Positions 1 to 11,200 of a stretch of 64,000 nt of DNA are shown here, in pieces. Both the position numbers and the translations under genes were made by a program. How positions within the stretch are numbered: the first letter of the stretch is position 1; each line of letters begins with the position of its first letter. Source of the stretch: Rhabdothermincola salaria (GTDB lineage: Bacteria; Actinomycetota; Acidimicrobiia; Acidimicrobiales; Acidimicrobilacustridaceae); assembly GCF_021246445.1 (NCBI RefSeq), contig NZ_JAJQXW010000004.1, forward strand, positions 124,001-188,000, given 5' to 3'. Under the pieces are notes generated by a model. It was given only the letters and a program-made list of their open reading frames with translations. It had not been told where the DNA came from and made no database searches.

Positions 1-617
1 ACCAGGGTGAAGCCCACGTAGACCAACCAGAGGTTGCGGGCGGTGTGGCGCACGCGGGGGGTGAGCCGCTCCCCCGCCGGCCCCGGCGCCTCGGCCTGCA
101 TGAGGCTCATGGCCCCGGCCCCCACGGTGGGCAGCACCGCGATCACCAACACGATGACCCCCATGCCGCCGATCCACTGGGTGATGGCCCGGTACATCAA
201 CAGGCCCTGGGAGGTGTCGGCCACCGGCCGCAGCACCGTCGCCCCCGTGGTGGTGAAACCGGAGATGGACTCGAACAGGGCCTGGTCGGGGGCGGTGAGC
301 CGTCCGGTGGCCAGGTACGGCAGCGCGCCCACCACGGCGAGGGCCACCCACGCCAGGGTGACGGTGACGAACACGTCGAGGATGCGGACCTCGTGCGGAG
401 GCTCGGTGGCGCGCCACACGACGAGACCCACGACGAGGGTGGGAACGCCGCAGGCGAGCAGCGCCACCGCGTCCGGCCCGCTGTCGGCGATCTCGACGAC
501 GGCCCCGATGAGCATGCCCACCCCCGCCACCGCGCCGGAGAGGGCGGCCACGTAGAGCGGGAGGGAGCGTCGACGGCGCGACGGTGTGAGCCAGCGCTCG
601 ACGAACACCTCGGTCAT
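1..617 (-). CDS. trkH: TrkH-family potassium uptake membrane protein (3' end runs off the window)
   Basis: Hand translation from ATG 617 (ATGA overlap with trkA stop) gives LFESISGFTTTGATVL and QWIGGMGVIVL...EAPGP...LTPRVRHTARNLWLVY, typical TrkH motifs; not in the ORF track because it is open-ended. Confidence 0.93.
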   Translation of the reverse strand, partial: MTEVFVERWLTPSRRRRSLPLYVAALSGAVAGVGMLIGAVVEIADSGPDAVALLACGVPTLVVGLVVWRATEPPHEVRILDVFVTVTLAWVALAVVGALPYLATGRLTAPDQALFESISGFTTTGATVLRPVADTSQGLLMYRAITQWIGGMGVIVLVIAVLPTVGAGAMSLMQAEAPGPAGERLTPRVRHTARNLWLVYVGFTL

Positions 618-1963
618 CGCACGAAGAGCTGGCGGGCCTTGCCCACGTCGCCGGCGCGGGCGAACACGGCCACGGTGTCGCCGGCTGCCAGCTCGGTGGG
701 GCCGTGGACGATCTCGACGCGGCCGTCCGGTCGCACCACGGCGCCGAGGAGCACGCCGCGAGGCGTGCGCAGGTCGGCCACCACCCCGCCGTCGGCCGTG
801 CTCCCCGGCTCGACCACGAACTCGTTGACCTCCACGTCGCTCTCGAGGAAGGTCGTGACCGAACCGGTGCCGCCGCGCATCTCCCGCAGCACGGTGTTGG
901 CCGACGCCGTGCGGGGGCTCAGCGTGGCGTCGATGCCGAAGCGGGTGACGAGCGGCAGCAGGGCCAGGCGATGCAGCACCGCGATGGTGAACCCCGACCC
1001 CTCGGCCCCGGCGAAGGCGCAGGCCAAGACGTTGGCGGTGTCCTCGCCGGTGGTGGCGACCACGGCGTCCATGGTGGCCACCGACTCCTCCACCAACAGC
1101 TCGATGTCGGTGATGTCGCCCTGGATCACCCTCATCTTCGGTGCCGCCGCCGCCAGGTCCTCGGCCAGGGCGCCGTCACGCTCGACGAGCACGACCTCGG
1201 CCCCCTCGGCCGACATCGTGTTGGCCACCCTCGCCCCCACCGCCCCTCCGCCCAGCACCATCAGACGTCGCACCCGGCGCCCCATCGCCCCCAGCAGGCC
1301 CAGCGTCCGGCGCCGGGCGGCCCGGGTGGTCAGCACCCGCACGTGGTCGCCGGCCTCGAGCACCTCGTCGCCGTGGGGGATGATCGTGTGCCCGCCGCGG
1401 GTGATGGCCCCGAAGAGGAACTGCCAGTCGGCGTCGCTCGCCGCCCGCACGGACCGCAGGCGCTGGCCGACCAGCACCGAGTCGGCCTTGAGCACCGCAC
1501 CCAGCACGACCAGCTCGCCACCGACCATCGGGTACACCTCGTCGGCCCCCGAGAGGTGGAGCAGCTCGAGGATCTCCTCGGCGGTGTCGGCGTCGGGGTC
1601 GATGACCACGTCGGCGCCCACCCGCTCGAGCAGGGCCCGGCCCTCGGGGCCCCGCAGCTCGTCGGTCTGCACCCGGACCACCGTGCGAGGCACGCCGTGC
1701 TCCTTGGCCAGCAACGAGGTGATCAGGTTGACCTCGTCGTCCTGGGTGACCCCGGCGACCAGCGAGGCCCGGTCCACCCCCGCCTCGGCGAGCACCGTGG
1801 GGTGGGTGCCGCTGCCGACCAGCACCTGCACGTCGAGGTCCTGGCCCAACGCCTCGGCCGTGGCTTCGTCCTGCTCGACCACGACGACGTCGTGGCCCTC
1901 GGCGCCGAGGCGCTCGGCCAGGTACCACCCGACCTCACCGGCACCAACGATGATCACGTGCAC
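614..1963 (-). CDS. trkA: TrkA potassium uptake regulatory subunit (two RCK_N/RCK_C pairs)
   Basis: Two Rossmann motifs, IIVGAGEVG and MVLGGGAVG; coupled to trkH; GTG start chosen at 1963. Confidence 0.93.
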   Translation of the reverse strand: MHVIIVGAGEVGWYLAERLGAEGHDVVVVEQDEATAEALGQDLDVQVLVGSGTHPTVLAEAGVDRASLVAGVTQDDEVNLITSLLAKEHGVPRTVVRVQTDELRGPEGRALLERVGADVVIDPDADTAEEILELLHLSGADEVYPMVGGELVVLGAVLKADSVLVGQRLRSVRAASDADWQFLFGAITRGGHTIIPHGDEVLEAGDHVRVLTTRAARRRTLGLLGAMGRRVRRLMVLGGGAVGARVANTMSAEGAEVVLVERDGALAEDLAAAAPKMRVIQGDITDIELLVEESVATMDAVVATTGEDTANVLACAFAGAEGSGFTIAVLHRLALLPLVTRFGIDATLSPRTASANTVLREMRGGTGSVTTFLESDVEVNEFVVEPGSTADGGVVADLRTPRGVLLGAVVRPDGRVEIVHGPTELAAGDTVAVFARAGDVGKARQLFVR

Positions 1964-2048
1964 AAGAGCCGAGTCTGGCCCATCGTCGGAGGGGCGGGCG
2001 ACTCCCGATCCGAGCGCGTGGTGTGCCCGGCGTGAAAAGGTGGGGTCC

Positions 2049-2567
2049 ATGACCGAGCCACAGGATCAGCCAGAGGGGCCCGGCTCCACGCCTGCCGGAC
2101 CCTCCGACGACAACGGGATGTTGGGTGGGCTCTTCCGCGATCCCGCCACCCTGGCCGCCACCGGCCTGTTGGTCGCCTCGGCGTTCAACGTGATCGCGGG
2201 GTTCATCAACGTCCTCACCGACCCCGAGGGCGAGGGCCTCCGAGGCCGGTTGCTGTCGCTCACCGACGTCGTCGAGATCGGCGACGTGGCGCTGCTGGGG
2301 CTCGCGGTGGCCCTCCTGGTGCTCACCGTCGACCCGCCGGGGGGCCTCAGCCGCCCGCTGCTGTTGAACCTCAACTCGGCGCTGGCCAGCATCATCGCCG
2401 TCTTCGGCGTGGTGCGGGCCGTGGTGTTCCTGTCGCTCAGCGGCCCCATCCCGTACCGGTTGGCCGGGTTCATCGTCACCATCGGCATCTCCGTCGCCGC
2501 GGCCACCGTGGCCTACTGGGCCGCTCGCGAGTCGTTCCTGAAGGAACAGCTCCACGGCCGCCACTGA
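2049..2567 (+). CDS. Hypothetical membrane protein (~4 TM helices)
   Basis: C-terminal part of ORF 45..2567 from MTEPQDQ; four hydrophobic segments; GC-typical codon use. Confidence 0.7.
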   Translation: MTEPQDQPEGPGSTPAGPSDDNGMLGGLFRDPATLAATGLLVASAFNVIAGFINVLTDPEGEGLRGRLLSLTDVVEIGDVALLGLAVALLVLTVDPPGGLSRPLLLNLNSALASIIAVFGVVRAVVFLSLSGPIPYRLAGFIVTIGISVAAATVAYWAARESFLKEQLHGRH

Positions 2568-2594
2568 GCGCCGCTCGCCGACGGCGCCGAGGCC

Positions 2595-5183
2595 CTAGGG
2601 CTGCGACCCCTCACCGCGGTCCGGGGCGAGGGCCGGCGACAGCACCTCCTTGAGTCCCTCGCGCCCGTCCACGCCGAGCTTGCGGTAGACGGACCGGAGG
2701 TGGTTCTCGACCGTCCGGACCGAGATGAACTTCTCCTCGGCGACGGCGGCACTGGTCTTGCCGGCGACCGCCTCGCAGGCGACCTCGATCTCGCGAGAGC
2801 TGGCACACGGCCGGCGCGCGGCCAGCGCCGGCGTCACCGGATCCTGGCACTGCGCCTCCCAGAGCTCCGACAGGCACGCCGCTCGGGCCGCCTCGACGCC
2901 GCTCAGGGCCAGCGACGCCTGGGCGGCCGCTTCGGCGGCCAACAGGTTGGCGCCCATGGCACCGAAGCGCACCGCCACGGCGAGGAGGCCGCGCCCGTCC
3001 TGCGCCGACAGGGCATCGGCGTGGTCGGCGACGACCTCGACGAGCGCCGCTCCCGGCGAGCCCCGCAGCGAGGCCAGGTCGGCGTGGACCAGATCGGGGC
3101 GTCCCAGCCGGACCGCGTCGTGCAAGGCCATCGCCCCCCAGGCCACGTGCTGGCCGGCGACCGCCTCCTGGCCACCACGAGCGGCGATCAGCGCGCCGTC
3201 CGGAGCCGAGCCGCCGGCGGCTCGACTCCAGGCCCGACCGCGGTCGACCCACACCGCCAGCCGTGGGTCCCGTGCGTCGAGCACGAGAGCCTCGACCGTC
3301 TCACCAGCCCGAGTGTCACCTCGCTGGCCCCGCTCCAACGCCACGATCCCGCGGACCTGGCGCTCGAGGCCGAACGGGTCGAACCGACCCATGAGCCCGA
3401 GGGCCTCTTCCGCCGAGCGGAGGGCATCGGCCAGGTGACCGGCGAGGTCGCAGGTGGCGGCGAAGGTGCCCAGCCAGGTCGAGTGCGTCCCGGTGCCCTC
3501 CGAGCGGACGACGTTGTCGGACGCCGCCGCCACCGATTCCTCCACGCGCCCGGCGATCCAGCACCCGAACACGTGCATCAGCTCCACCTGGTCGAGGGCG
3601 AACGGCATGTCGCTCGCGGCGGTGGCCGCCGCCTCACGGGCCTCGGCGATGACGGCCCCGAGCCCCTCGCAGTCGGCGGTCATCGTCAGGGCCAACGTGA
3701 GGCTCACGTAGCCGGCGGCGCGGGCCCCAGGTGAAGCGGCGGGGTTGGTCACCAAGGACCGACCCGCCGAGCGGGCCTCGACGAGGTCGCCCCGCACGGC
3801 GGCCACCACGCTGCGGTCCACATCGAGCCGAGCACCCAACCGGGCGTCGCCCACGTCGTCGATGGCGTCGCGGAGCACGGCGAGCGCATCCTCGGCCCGA
3901 TCGAGGCCGAGGGCCAGGTTGTGGGCCCGGATGGACGCGACCTCGGCCCGCGCCTCGGGGTCGGTCGGTTCGACGTCGCGCAGCAGCGCCTCGGCCTCGT
4001 CGAAGCGGCCCTGGTGGGTCAACGCCTTGGCCAGGGGCAGCGCTCCCAGGTCGGGGGCCGTCGCGTGGACAGGGCGCGCCAGCCGTTCGGCGAGGAGCGG
4101 ATCGTGGCGGGCCAGGGCGAGGGTGGCGCCTTCGATGGCCAACCGTGGACGGACCACCATCCCGGCCTCGTGGCGCCACACTGCGGCGCGCACCGGATCG
4201 ATGCGATCGTCGTCGTCACCGACGGCCTCGACCAACTCGGTGAGCAGCTCACAGCGGCGCGCCCCGCTCAGCGTCGCCCGCAGGACCTCGCCGTGCAGCG
4301 GGTGGGCCGGCACCACCACCGGCCCGCCGCTCGAGGACACCACGTCGACCAAGCGGCGTTGCTCGAGGTCCGCCACCTCGGTGTCGACCACCGCCTTCAG
4401 GATGGGGAGCGGCAGGGGGGCGGCCAGCGCCACCATCTCGACGGCGTGGCGCTCGTCGATGGACAGCACGTCGAGGCGAGCCCGGACCAGATCGGTCAGA
4501 CGGGAGGACTCGGCCAGCGGGCCGTGCTGCTGCCAGGTCCCGTCGGCATCCTGACGAAGGGCGCCCCCGACGGCGCCTTCGACCAGCTCGTGGACCACCA
4601 GGGGGTTCCCCTCACCGATCCGCCAGAGCTCGGCCAACAGCTCGGGAGCCACCCGACCCAGACGGGCCACGACGAGGGCGTCGGCATCGCTGCGCTCGAG
4701 GGGGAGGACCTCGATCCGTTCGACCAGGCCCCCGGTCCACAGGTCGACCACCTCAGCGGCCAACGGTTCACCAGCGCGCCCGGTGAGCACCAGCGAGGCG
4801 AGGCCGCGGTGGGCGGCCCCGGTGACCAGGGACAGCGAACCGGGATCGAGCAGGTGCACGTCATCGACGCCGAGGATCAGCCCGTTGGGCCCCCTACGGT
4901 CGCCGAGCGCCTCGAGTGCCGCGCCCACCACCTCGGTGGGGGGCCCGGCGGTCGGGAGGTCGAGGAGCTCCACGAAGGCGGCGAAGGGGATCCCGGCCAT
5001 CGACGGGGTGGCCGTCGCCCTCACGACCCCCCAGCCGGACTGCTCGCTGCGATCGAGCACCTCGCGCAGGAGTCGGCTCTTGCCGGTCCCGGGCGGCCCC
5101 ACGAACGCCGTGCCCGTCCCCGACGCGAGCCGATCGATGGAGGAGACGAGATGGTCCGCCCGCCCCACCAACGACCACCCCAT
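2595..5183 (-). CDS. MalT/LAL-type AAA-ATPase LuxR-family transcriptional regulator
   Basis: Walker A GPPGTGKS, Walker B LGVDDVH, GEGNPL motif, C-terminal LuxR HTH (ISVRTVENHLRSVYRKLGV); start MGWSLVGR. Confidence 0.9.
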   Translation of the reverse strand: MGWSLVGRADHLVSSIDRLASGTGTAFVGPPGTGKSRLLREVLDRSEQSGWGVVRATATPSMAGIPFAAFVELLDLPTAGPPTEVVGAALEALGDRRGPNGLILGVDDVHLLDPGSLSLVTGAAHRGLASLVLTGRAGEPLAAEVVDLWTGGLVERIEVLPLERSDADALVVARLGRVAPELLAELWRIGEGNPLVVHELVEGAVGGALRQDADGTWQQHGPLAESSRLTDLVRARLDVLSIDERHAVEMVALAAPLPLPILKAVVDTEVADLEQRRLVDVVSSSGGPVVVPAHPLHGEVLRATLSGARRCELLTELVEAVGDDDDRIDPVRAAVWRHEAGMVVRPRLAIEGATLALARHDPLLAERLARPVHATAPDLGALPLAKALTHQGRFDEAEALLRDVEPTDPEARAEVASIRAHNLALGLDRAEDALAVLRDAIDDVGDARLGARLDVDRSVVAAVRGDLVEARSAGRSLVTNPAASPGARAAGYVSLTLALTMTADCEGLGAVIAEAREAAATAASDMPFALDQVELMHVFGCWIAGRVEESVAAASDNVVRSEGTGTHSTWLGTFAATCDLAGHLADALRSAEEALGLMGRFDPFGLERQVRGIVALERGQRGDTRAGETVEALVLDARDPRLAVWVDRGRAWSRAAGGSAPDGALIAARGGQEAVAGQHVAWGAMALHDAVRLGRPDLVHADLASLRGSPGAALVEVVADHADALSAQDGRGLLAVAVRFGAMGANLLAAEAAAQASLALSGVEAARAACLSELWEAQCQDPVTPALAARRPCASSREIEVACEAVAGKTSAAVAEEKFISVRTVENHLRSVYRKLGVDGREGLKEVLSPALAPDRGEGSQP

Positions 5184-5236
5184 GCGCCGATGGTAGGGAG
5201 GTCCGACCGGCAGTGGGGCCGAGAACGGTGAGCCGA

Positions 5237-8200
5237 CTAGTGGTCGCCGGCGGCGGAGGCCCGGCGCCGGGCGGCGAGCAGACCCAGCCACCCGGCGCTC
5301 AGCAGCGCCACGGCGATGGCCAACAGCGAGGAGACGGGCCCTCCGGTGAAGGGCAGGAACCCCGTGCCCGGCCCGCTTCGAGCCGACGCCACGTCGGTCT
5401 CGGAGTCCGCTGAGGGCCCGACGGCGCCCGGCCCCTCGGTGCTGGTCGAGTCCCGGGAGGCCGAGCCGCCTTCCACCTCGGTCGGATCGGGAACGGTGGT
5501 CGACGGGCCCGGTCGGTCGAGCTGGGTGGTGGTCGTCGACTCGGACACCGTGGTGGTGGTCGTCGAGCCCGGCTCGGTCGTCGTCGTCGAACCCGGGGCG
5601 GTGGTCGTCGTGGTCGTCGTGGTCGGCAGGGTCGTCGTCGTCGTGGTCGGCAGGGTCGTGGTGGTCGTCGTGGTCGTGGTGGTCGTCGTGGTCGTGGTCG
5701 TCGTGGTCGTGGTCGTCGTCGTGGTGGTCGTGGTGGTCGTGGTGGTCGTCGTCGCGGGGGCGAAGGCGAAGTCCTGCCGCACATCGGCGTCGGGCTGCAC
5801 CGTGACGTCGGCGGACACCTGGCGACCATCGGGATGGACGGCGGTGACCTCCCAGACGCGAGGACCGCCGTCGGGGGCCAAAGGGGCCTCCTCGAGGCGG
5901 TAGCTGCCGCTGTCGTCGGTGGTGGCCGACCCCCCGAAGGACGAACCGATGAACGCCCCCGACAACGCGGCGCCACTCCCGGTCTCGGTCACCGTGCCGA
6001 CCACCGCACCGAACCCCCCGGCCGGCTGGCCGAAGTCCACGGTGATGGTGGCGCCGCAGTAGATGGTGACGAACTTGGTCTGGGAGACGAAGCCGTCGGC
6101 CGAGGCGGTGATGCTGAGCAGGCCCGGCTGGTTCAGGTAGCCGGGCACCAGATCGGTGAACTCGAACACCCCGTTGGCCCCCGTGATCGCCGTCACCGAG
6201 CCCGAGTACGCGAAGTCGGCCGTGACGGTCGCCCCCTCGATCGGTTCGAGGTCCACCGCGCTGACCACCACGCCGCGCACCGTGGCCCCTCCGCAGACGG
6301 GCACCACGGTCAGGTCCGCGGTCGTCGTCTGGTCCGGGTAGACGAGCGCGGTGGTCTCGGCCGAGAACCACCGATGGGTCTCCGGGGCACCGAACACCGG
6401 CACGTAGGCGACCTCCACCAACGCCTCGTCCCGCCCTTGGCGCAACGGGATGCCGTCGACGCGGTAGAAGCCGTCTTCGTCGGTCTGGACGTTCGGCAGG
6501 CCCTGGGAGGTGCACCCATCTCGACACGTGAGCCACACGGTCTCGTCCACCAACGGGGCGCCGGTCCCCTCCTCGATCAGCCGTCCCTGCAGCGACCCGA
6601 ACCGGATGGGCTCGAGCGCCAGATCGACGGTCGCGTCATCTCCCGGGGAGAGCACGAAGGGCTCGGACACCGACTGGTGGTGGGTACCCGCTCGCGCCGC
6701 CCGCACCAGCACGTTCTCGGCCACCTCGTCACCGAGGCCGACCGGGAGCTCGTCGAACCGGTAGCGGCCATCCTCGTCGGTGCGCTGCCACTGCAGACCA
6801 CCGGGCAGGTTGACGACCTCCACCCGGGCGTCGGCGACGGGCTCTCCGGTCACCTCGTCGGTGATCACACCGCCGACAGCCGCCACGCCCGGCTCGTCAC
6901 CCCGGACGACCGTCAGCTCGACCTCCGGCACCACGACCTCGTCGCAGCCCTCGGCCACGAAGCGAAGCGATTCGGAGTTCTGACTGCTCGCCGGCCAGTC
7001 CTCCGGCGGCGCCGCGAACACCGTGATCCAGATGGGTTGGTTGTTGTAGGCCAGCAGCCTCGGCTTCTGCTGCGTGGCGAACGTGCCGTCGCTGGCGGTC
7101 GTCGGCAACGGGACATCACCCCAGACGATCTCGGCGCCAGCCACCGGGTCACCGTTCTGGTCGACCACCCGCCCGGTGAACCCGACGACCACGTCGCACT
7201 GCGGCACCATGACCAGGTCGACCTCGTCCACGGGCTCGTCCACGGTGAGCGACATCACCTCCGCGGCGGAGCGCCAGTAGCCGTCCTTGGTGGCCCGCAG
7301 GGCGCTGTTGGTCCCGTCGGCGTCTCGCTCGATCTCCACTGCGTCGTCGTCGTAGTAGCCGTCGGCGTCGCTGACGGCGATGAGGTTCCCGTCGCGGATC
7401 TGCGCGCCCGCCACTCCGATGTCGGTGGGGACGACCTCACCGTCGGCGTCGACGGTCCCCTCGACCACCCGTCCCGACACCGACCCGTAGAGGCGCGGAA
7501 GGAGCTCGAGGTGGACCGGGGTGGCCGTTCCACAGACGGCGGGGAAGGCGGCGAGGAACTGGTCGTGGTAGCCCGGGGCCGAGGCCCTCACCGAGAAGTT
7601 GTTGGTGGGCGTCGTCGGGATCTCCTCGCCCAGGAAGCGCCCGTCGGCGTCGGTCGTGCCCTCGTCGATGATCGTCCCCAGCGAGCCGAGGATGAGGACC
7701 TGGGCCCCGGCCAGCGGGAGTCCGGTGTCGGCGTCGAGCACGGTGACGTCGGCCGCTCCGAAGCACTCCGGGGTCAGCGCGAAGGTCACCGAGGCCTCAC
7801 CGCCCGCCTCGCGCACCCGACCACCGGACTCGCCGCGGACGACGACGGCGACGGGCTCCTCGGCGGCGTCGTCCGGCGCGGAGACGGTGAGCTCGGCCAC
7901 CTCCCCCGGCGCCACGGACGCCGGGGAGACGCTGGCGCTCCAGCCGTCGGGCAACGGGCCGGCGCTCAGCGCCACCTGGTCGTCGAACGCTCCGATGGCG
8001 AGGACCTCGACGAGGAAGCTGGTGCGGCCACCGGGGTTGACGGGTTGCGATGCGGGGGTCACCGTCAGGGCGAAGTCGTCACCGTCACCCACCACCACGG
8101 TGGTGGCCGACACCGAGGCGAGGCCGCCGGCATCGGTGACGCGCAGGCCGATGGGGTACAGCACCGCCGCGACGCAGGTGCCGCCGCAGACCAGCGCCTG

Positions 8201-11200
8201 CACCTCCGACCACTCGAGCTCGACGATCGCCCCGGTGGCATCGTCGTAGGCGCCGTCACCGTCGAGGTCCCACTCGAACTCGAGGGCATCGTCCGGGTCC
8301 GGATCGGTCGATCCGGTCCCGTCGAACACCAGGGTGGCGTCGGCCTGGGTGACGTAGGGGCCGCCGGCATCGGCGGTGGGTTCGCGGTTGGGCCGCTGCT
8401 CGACCTCGAGCGAGATCGACGCCGGCGCCCCGCCCTCGGTCGTCATCGTGACCACCACCGGGCCGCCCTCGGACCAGATGGCGGGCGCCGAGCCGTCGGC
8501 GTCGACGGCGACCGGCTCGCTCCCGTCTCCCTGGTCGAGGAGAGCGGCCAGGGGGGTGCCCTCGGCGTCACGGGACCGGTTGGCCACCGCGACCTCCTCC
8601 CCCACCAGGGGTGTCGTGTCGCTGACGGTGAAGGCCGACACGACCGGCGCGGTCGAGGCCACCTCGAAGGCGGTCGTGGACACGAACGACGAGACCGTCG
8701 CGACCATCGCCGAGAGGCTCGATGTCGAGGATGCGGTGGCGGACTCGGCCGGTGTCGCCGTCGGTTCGAACGAGGTGGTCGCGGAGGTGGGGTCGTCGTG
8801 GCCCAACCAGGTGGCCCGCTCGATGCGGGCCAGGTTCGCCGACCGGAGCCGATAGGCGAGCTGGTGATCCTCGAGGCGCTCGGCCGCGCCACCGCCCAGG
8901 GGATCGTGGACGGTGATCTCGGTGACGGTCTCTGCTCCGAGGGGGTCACCGAGCTGGGCCACGGCGACAGGGATCTCGGCCCGGGCCTCGAGGGGTCGGT
9001 CCGGGTCGCCGGTGCCGGCGAAGCGAACCACCACCGACCACAACCCTTCGGTGTCGGAGAAGCGGCTGCTCGAGGCGTTGGGCGTGCCCTGGAAGACCAC
9101 GACGGCCACGTCGTCGACCAGGCCCGGCTCGCCGCCCTCACGATGGAGCACCTCGATCGGCTCGCCGATGTCGAGGTCGACGAAGAAGAGCGGCTGACCG
9201 GCCTCGTCGAGGCCCAGCTCGGCATCCGCGCCGGCCAGGTTCTCGCCGATCACCGCGACGGGCTCGGTGTAGCCGGTGGGGCCCCGCCACGACAGGAAGA
9301 GGCCGTCGCCGTCGCCGCGGTCGGCGCCGAAGGCCACCACCTCGGCGTCGTCGCTGATGGCCGACACGCCGAGAGGCCACCACCCCTGCGATGCCGTCAC
9401 CAGGAGCTGGGCCTGCTCGAGCACGCCGGGGCCCACGAAGACCGCGGTGTCGAAGATGGGCACGCCCCGGGGGTCGACCTCGCCGGTGGGGTACGAGCCG
9501 GTCACGACGGTGGTGCCGTCGTCGGCGTGGTCGGCGAGGCTCGAGCTCGACGCGTCGGACGCTCCGGGCAGGACGATGCCCGGTCCGGTGGTGAAGGTGC
9601 CCTCGGCACCAGGGCTGGCCAGCACGCCGATCCCCGAGCTCTGGTCGAGCGGTCGGACCGGCACCACCACCCCGCCGACGTCGTTGGGGGCGGGCAGGCC
9701 GATGACCGAGAAGTCGGCGTCGTCGTCGACGCCGAACAGGCTGCTGTGGCTGCGAGCCAGGACCTCGACGCCGGGTGCGGGGTACGCGTAGCGCGTCAGG
9801 CGGCGCCGCAGGTCTCCGGCGAAGGTCTCCACCAGGGCGTACACGTTGCCGTCGTCGGTGATCTCGACCTGGTCGTAGACGGTCTCGTCGGGGCCGATCG
9901 AGTCGCCGTCGATCCGCAGCGGGGGGTCGTCGCCCTGGACCACGTGCACGCCGATGTCGAGCACGGGACCCAGGTCGACGGCACCGGCGAAGGCCACGTC
10001 GCCGAGGTCGTTGATGGAGGGGCCCGAGCCCAGCGCGTACCAGTCCGGGCCGGTCTCGGCGATGACGTCGCGGCGATAGGACTGGGTGACGGCGATCTGC
10101 GCGTCGCCCGTGAGGGTCGTGACCCCCTCGTTCCCGTCGGAGACCTGGGCGGCGGCGCGGACGGTGGAGATCCCCGTGTCCTGGCCGACCTGGAACGTGG
10201 CGGTGGCCGTGCCGGTGGCGTCGGTCAGCGGCTCGTCGTCGTCGAACCACGCGGCCGGGTCCGCAGGGTCGACGGAGAGGGCCACGGCGTAGCCCTCGAG
10301 GTCGATGTCGGCACAGGGATCGAGGCGGGCCGTCACCGTCGTGGTGCCCCCCGGCTCGACCGACACCGGGTCCACGCTCACCCGGATGGTGCCGCAGGCG
10401 TCGAGGCGGTGGTCCTCGCCGGCGCGCAGGAGGGGGACGTCGTCGACCTCGAGGGTCTGGGGCCCGGCCGGCAACGTGTAGTCGATGCGCAGCCGGATGT
10501 CGGTGGCGGCGGGCACGGTCACCAGCTGGTGGCCGAGGTCGGGGTCGACCAGCTCGGTGGTCAGGTCGGTGTCGGTGAACGGGTCGACCGCGGTGATGGT
10601 GAGGTCCTCGGCTCCCAGGGCCAGGAGGCCGTCGACGTGGACTTCCAGATCCCCTGACGACATCAGGAACGGGAGGTCCGCCGCGGACCACTGCCCGGGG
10701 CCACGAGGATCGAACTGGGTCTGGAGCACCTGGAGGTCGGTCAGGTAGGGAGCAGTGACCGGGTTGCTCGCCGGGTTCGCCAGAGTGTCGAAGGGCATCG
10801 GAGCGGACAGCTCGAGGCTGATCTGTCCGTCGCCGTTGAAGTCGAAGCGCGAGTAGGTCGTTTCCGCCGGGGGGCACCCCGTCACCCCGGGGGCGAGGCG
10901 CTCGGCCACGCAACCGTTGTGGTTGAGGTCCTTCTTGGGGTGGTCGGCGGCGCCGTCGAGCACGATGTCGGCCGCATCGGGGCAGCCGGCGCTCGGCGCC
11001 TCCAGGCACCCCTGGAGCCAGGCGTCACGGAAGCGCCGGAAGTCGCGCAGGTCCACCTTGCCGTCCGGCGCGGTGAAGCGGTTCGGGTCGTCGGGGTCGA
11101 TGACGGTGTCCTGGGCCACGACGGCACCGGACGCATCCCGCACGACCCGGCGGTTGCCGTCGAGGGAGGCGTCGTTGACGTCGACCAGGTCGCGGGCCGC

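Noticed and set aside
5316..5903. Poly-valine ORF and His/Asp-rich frames
   Set aside because: Alternative readings of the poly-Thr tract of the protease
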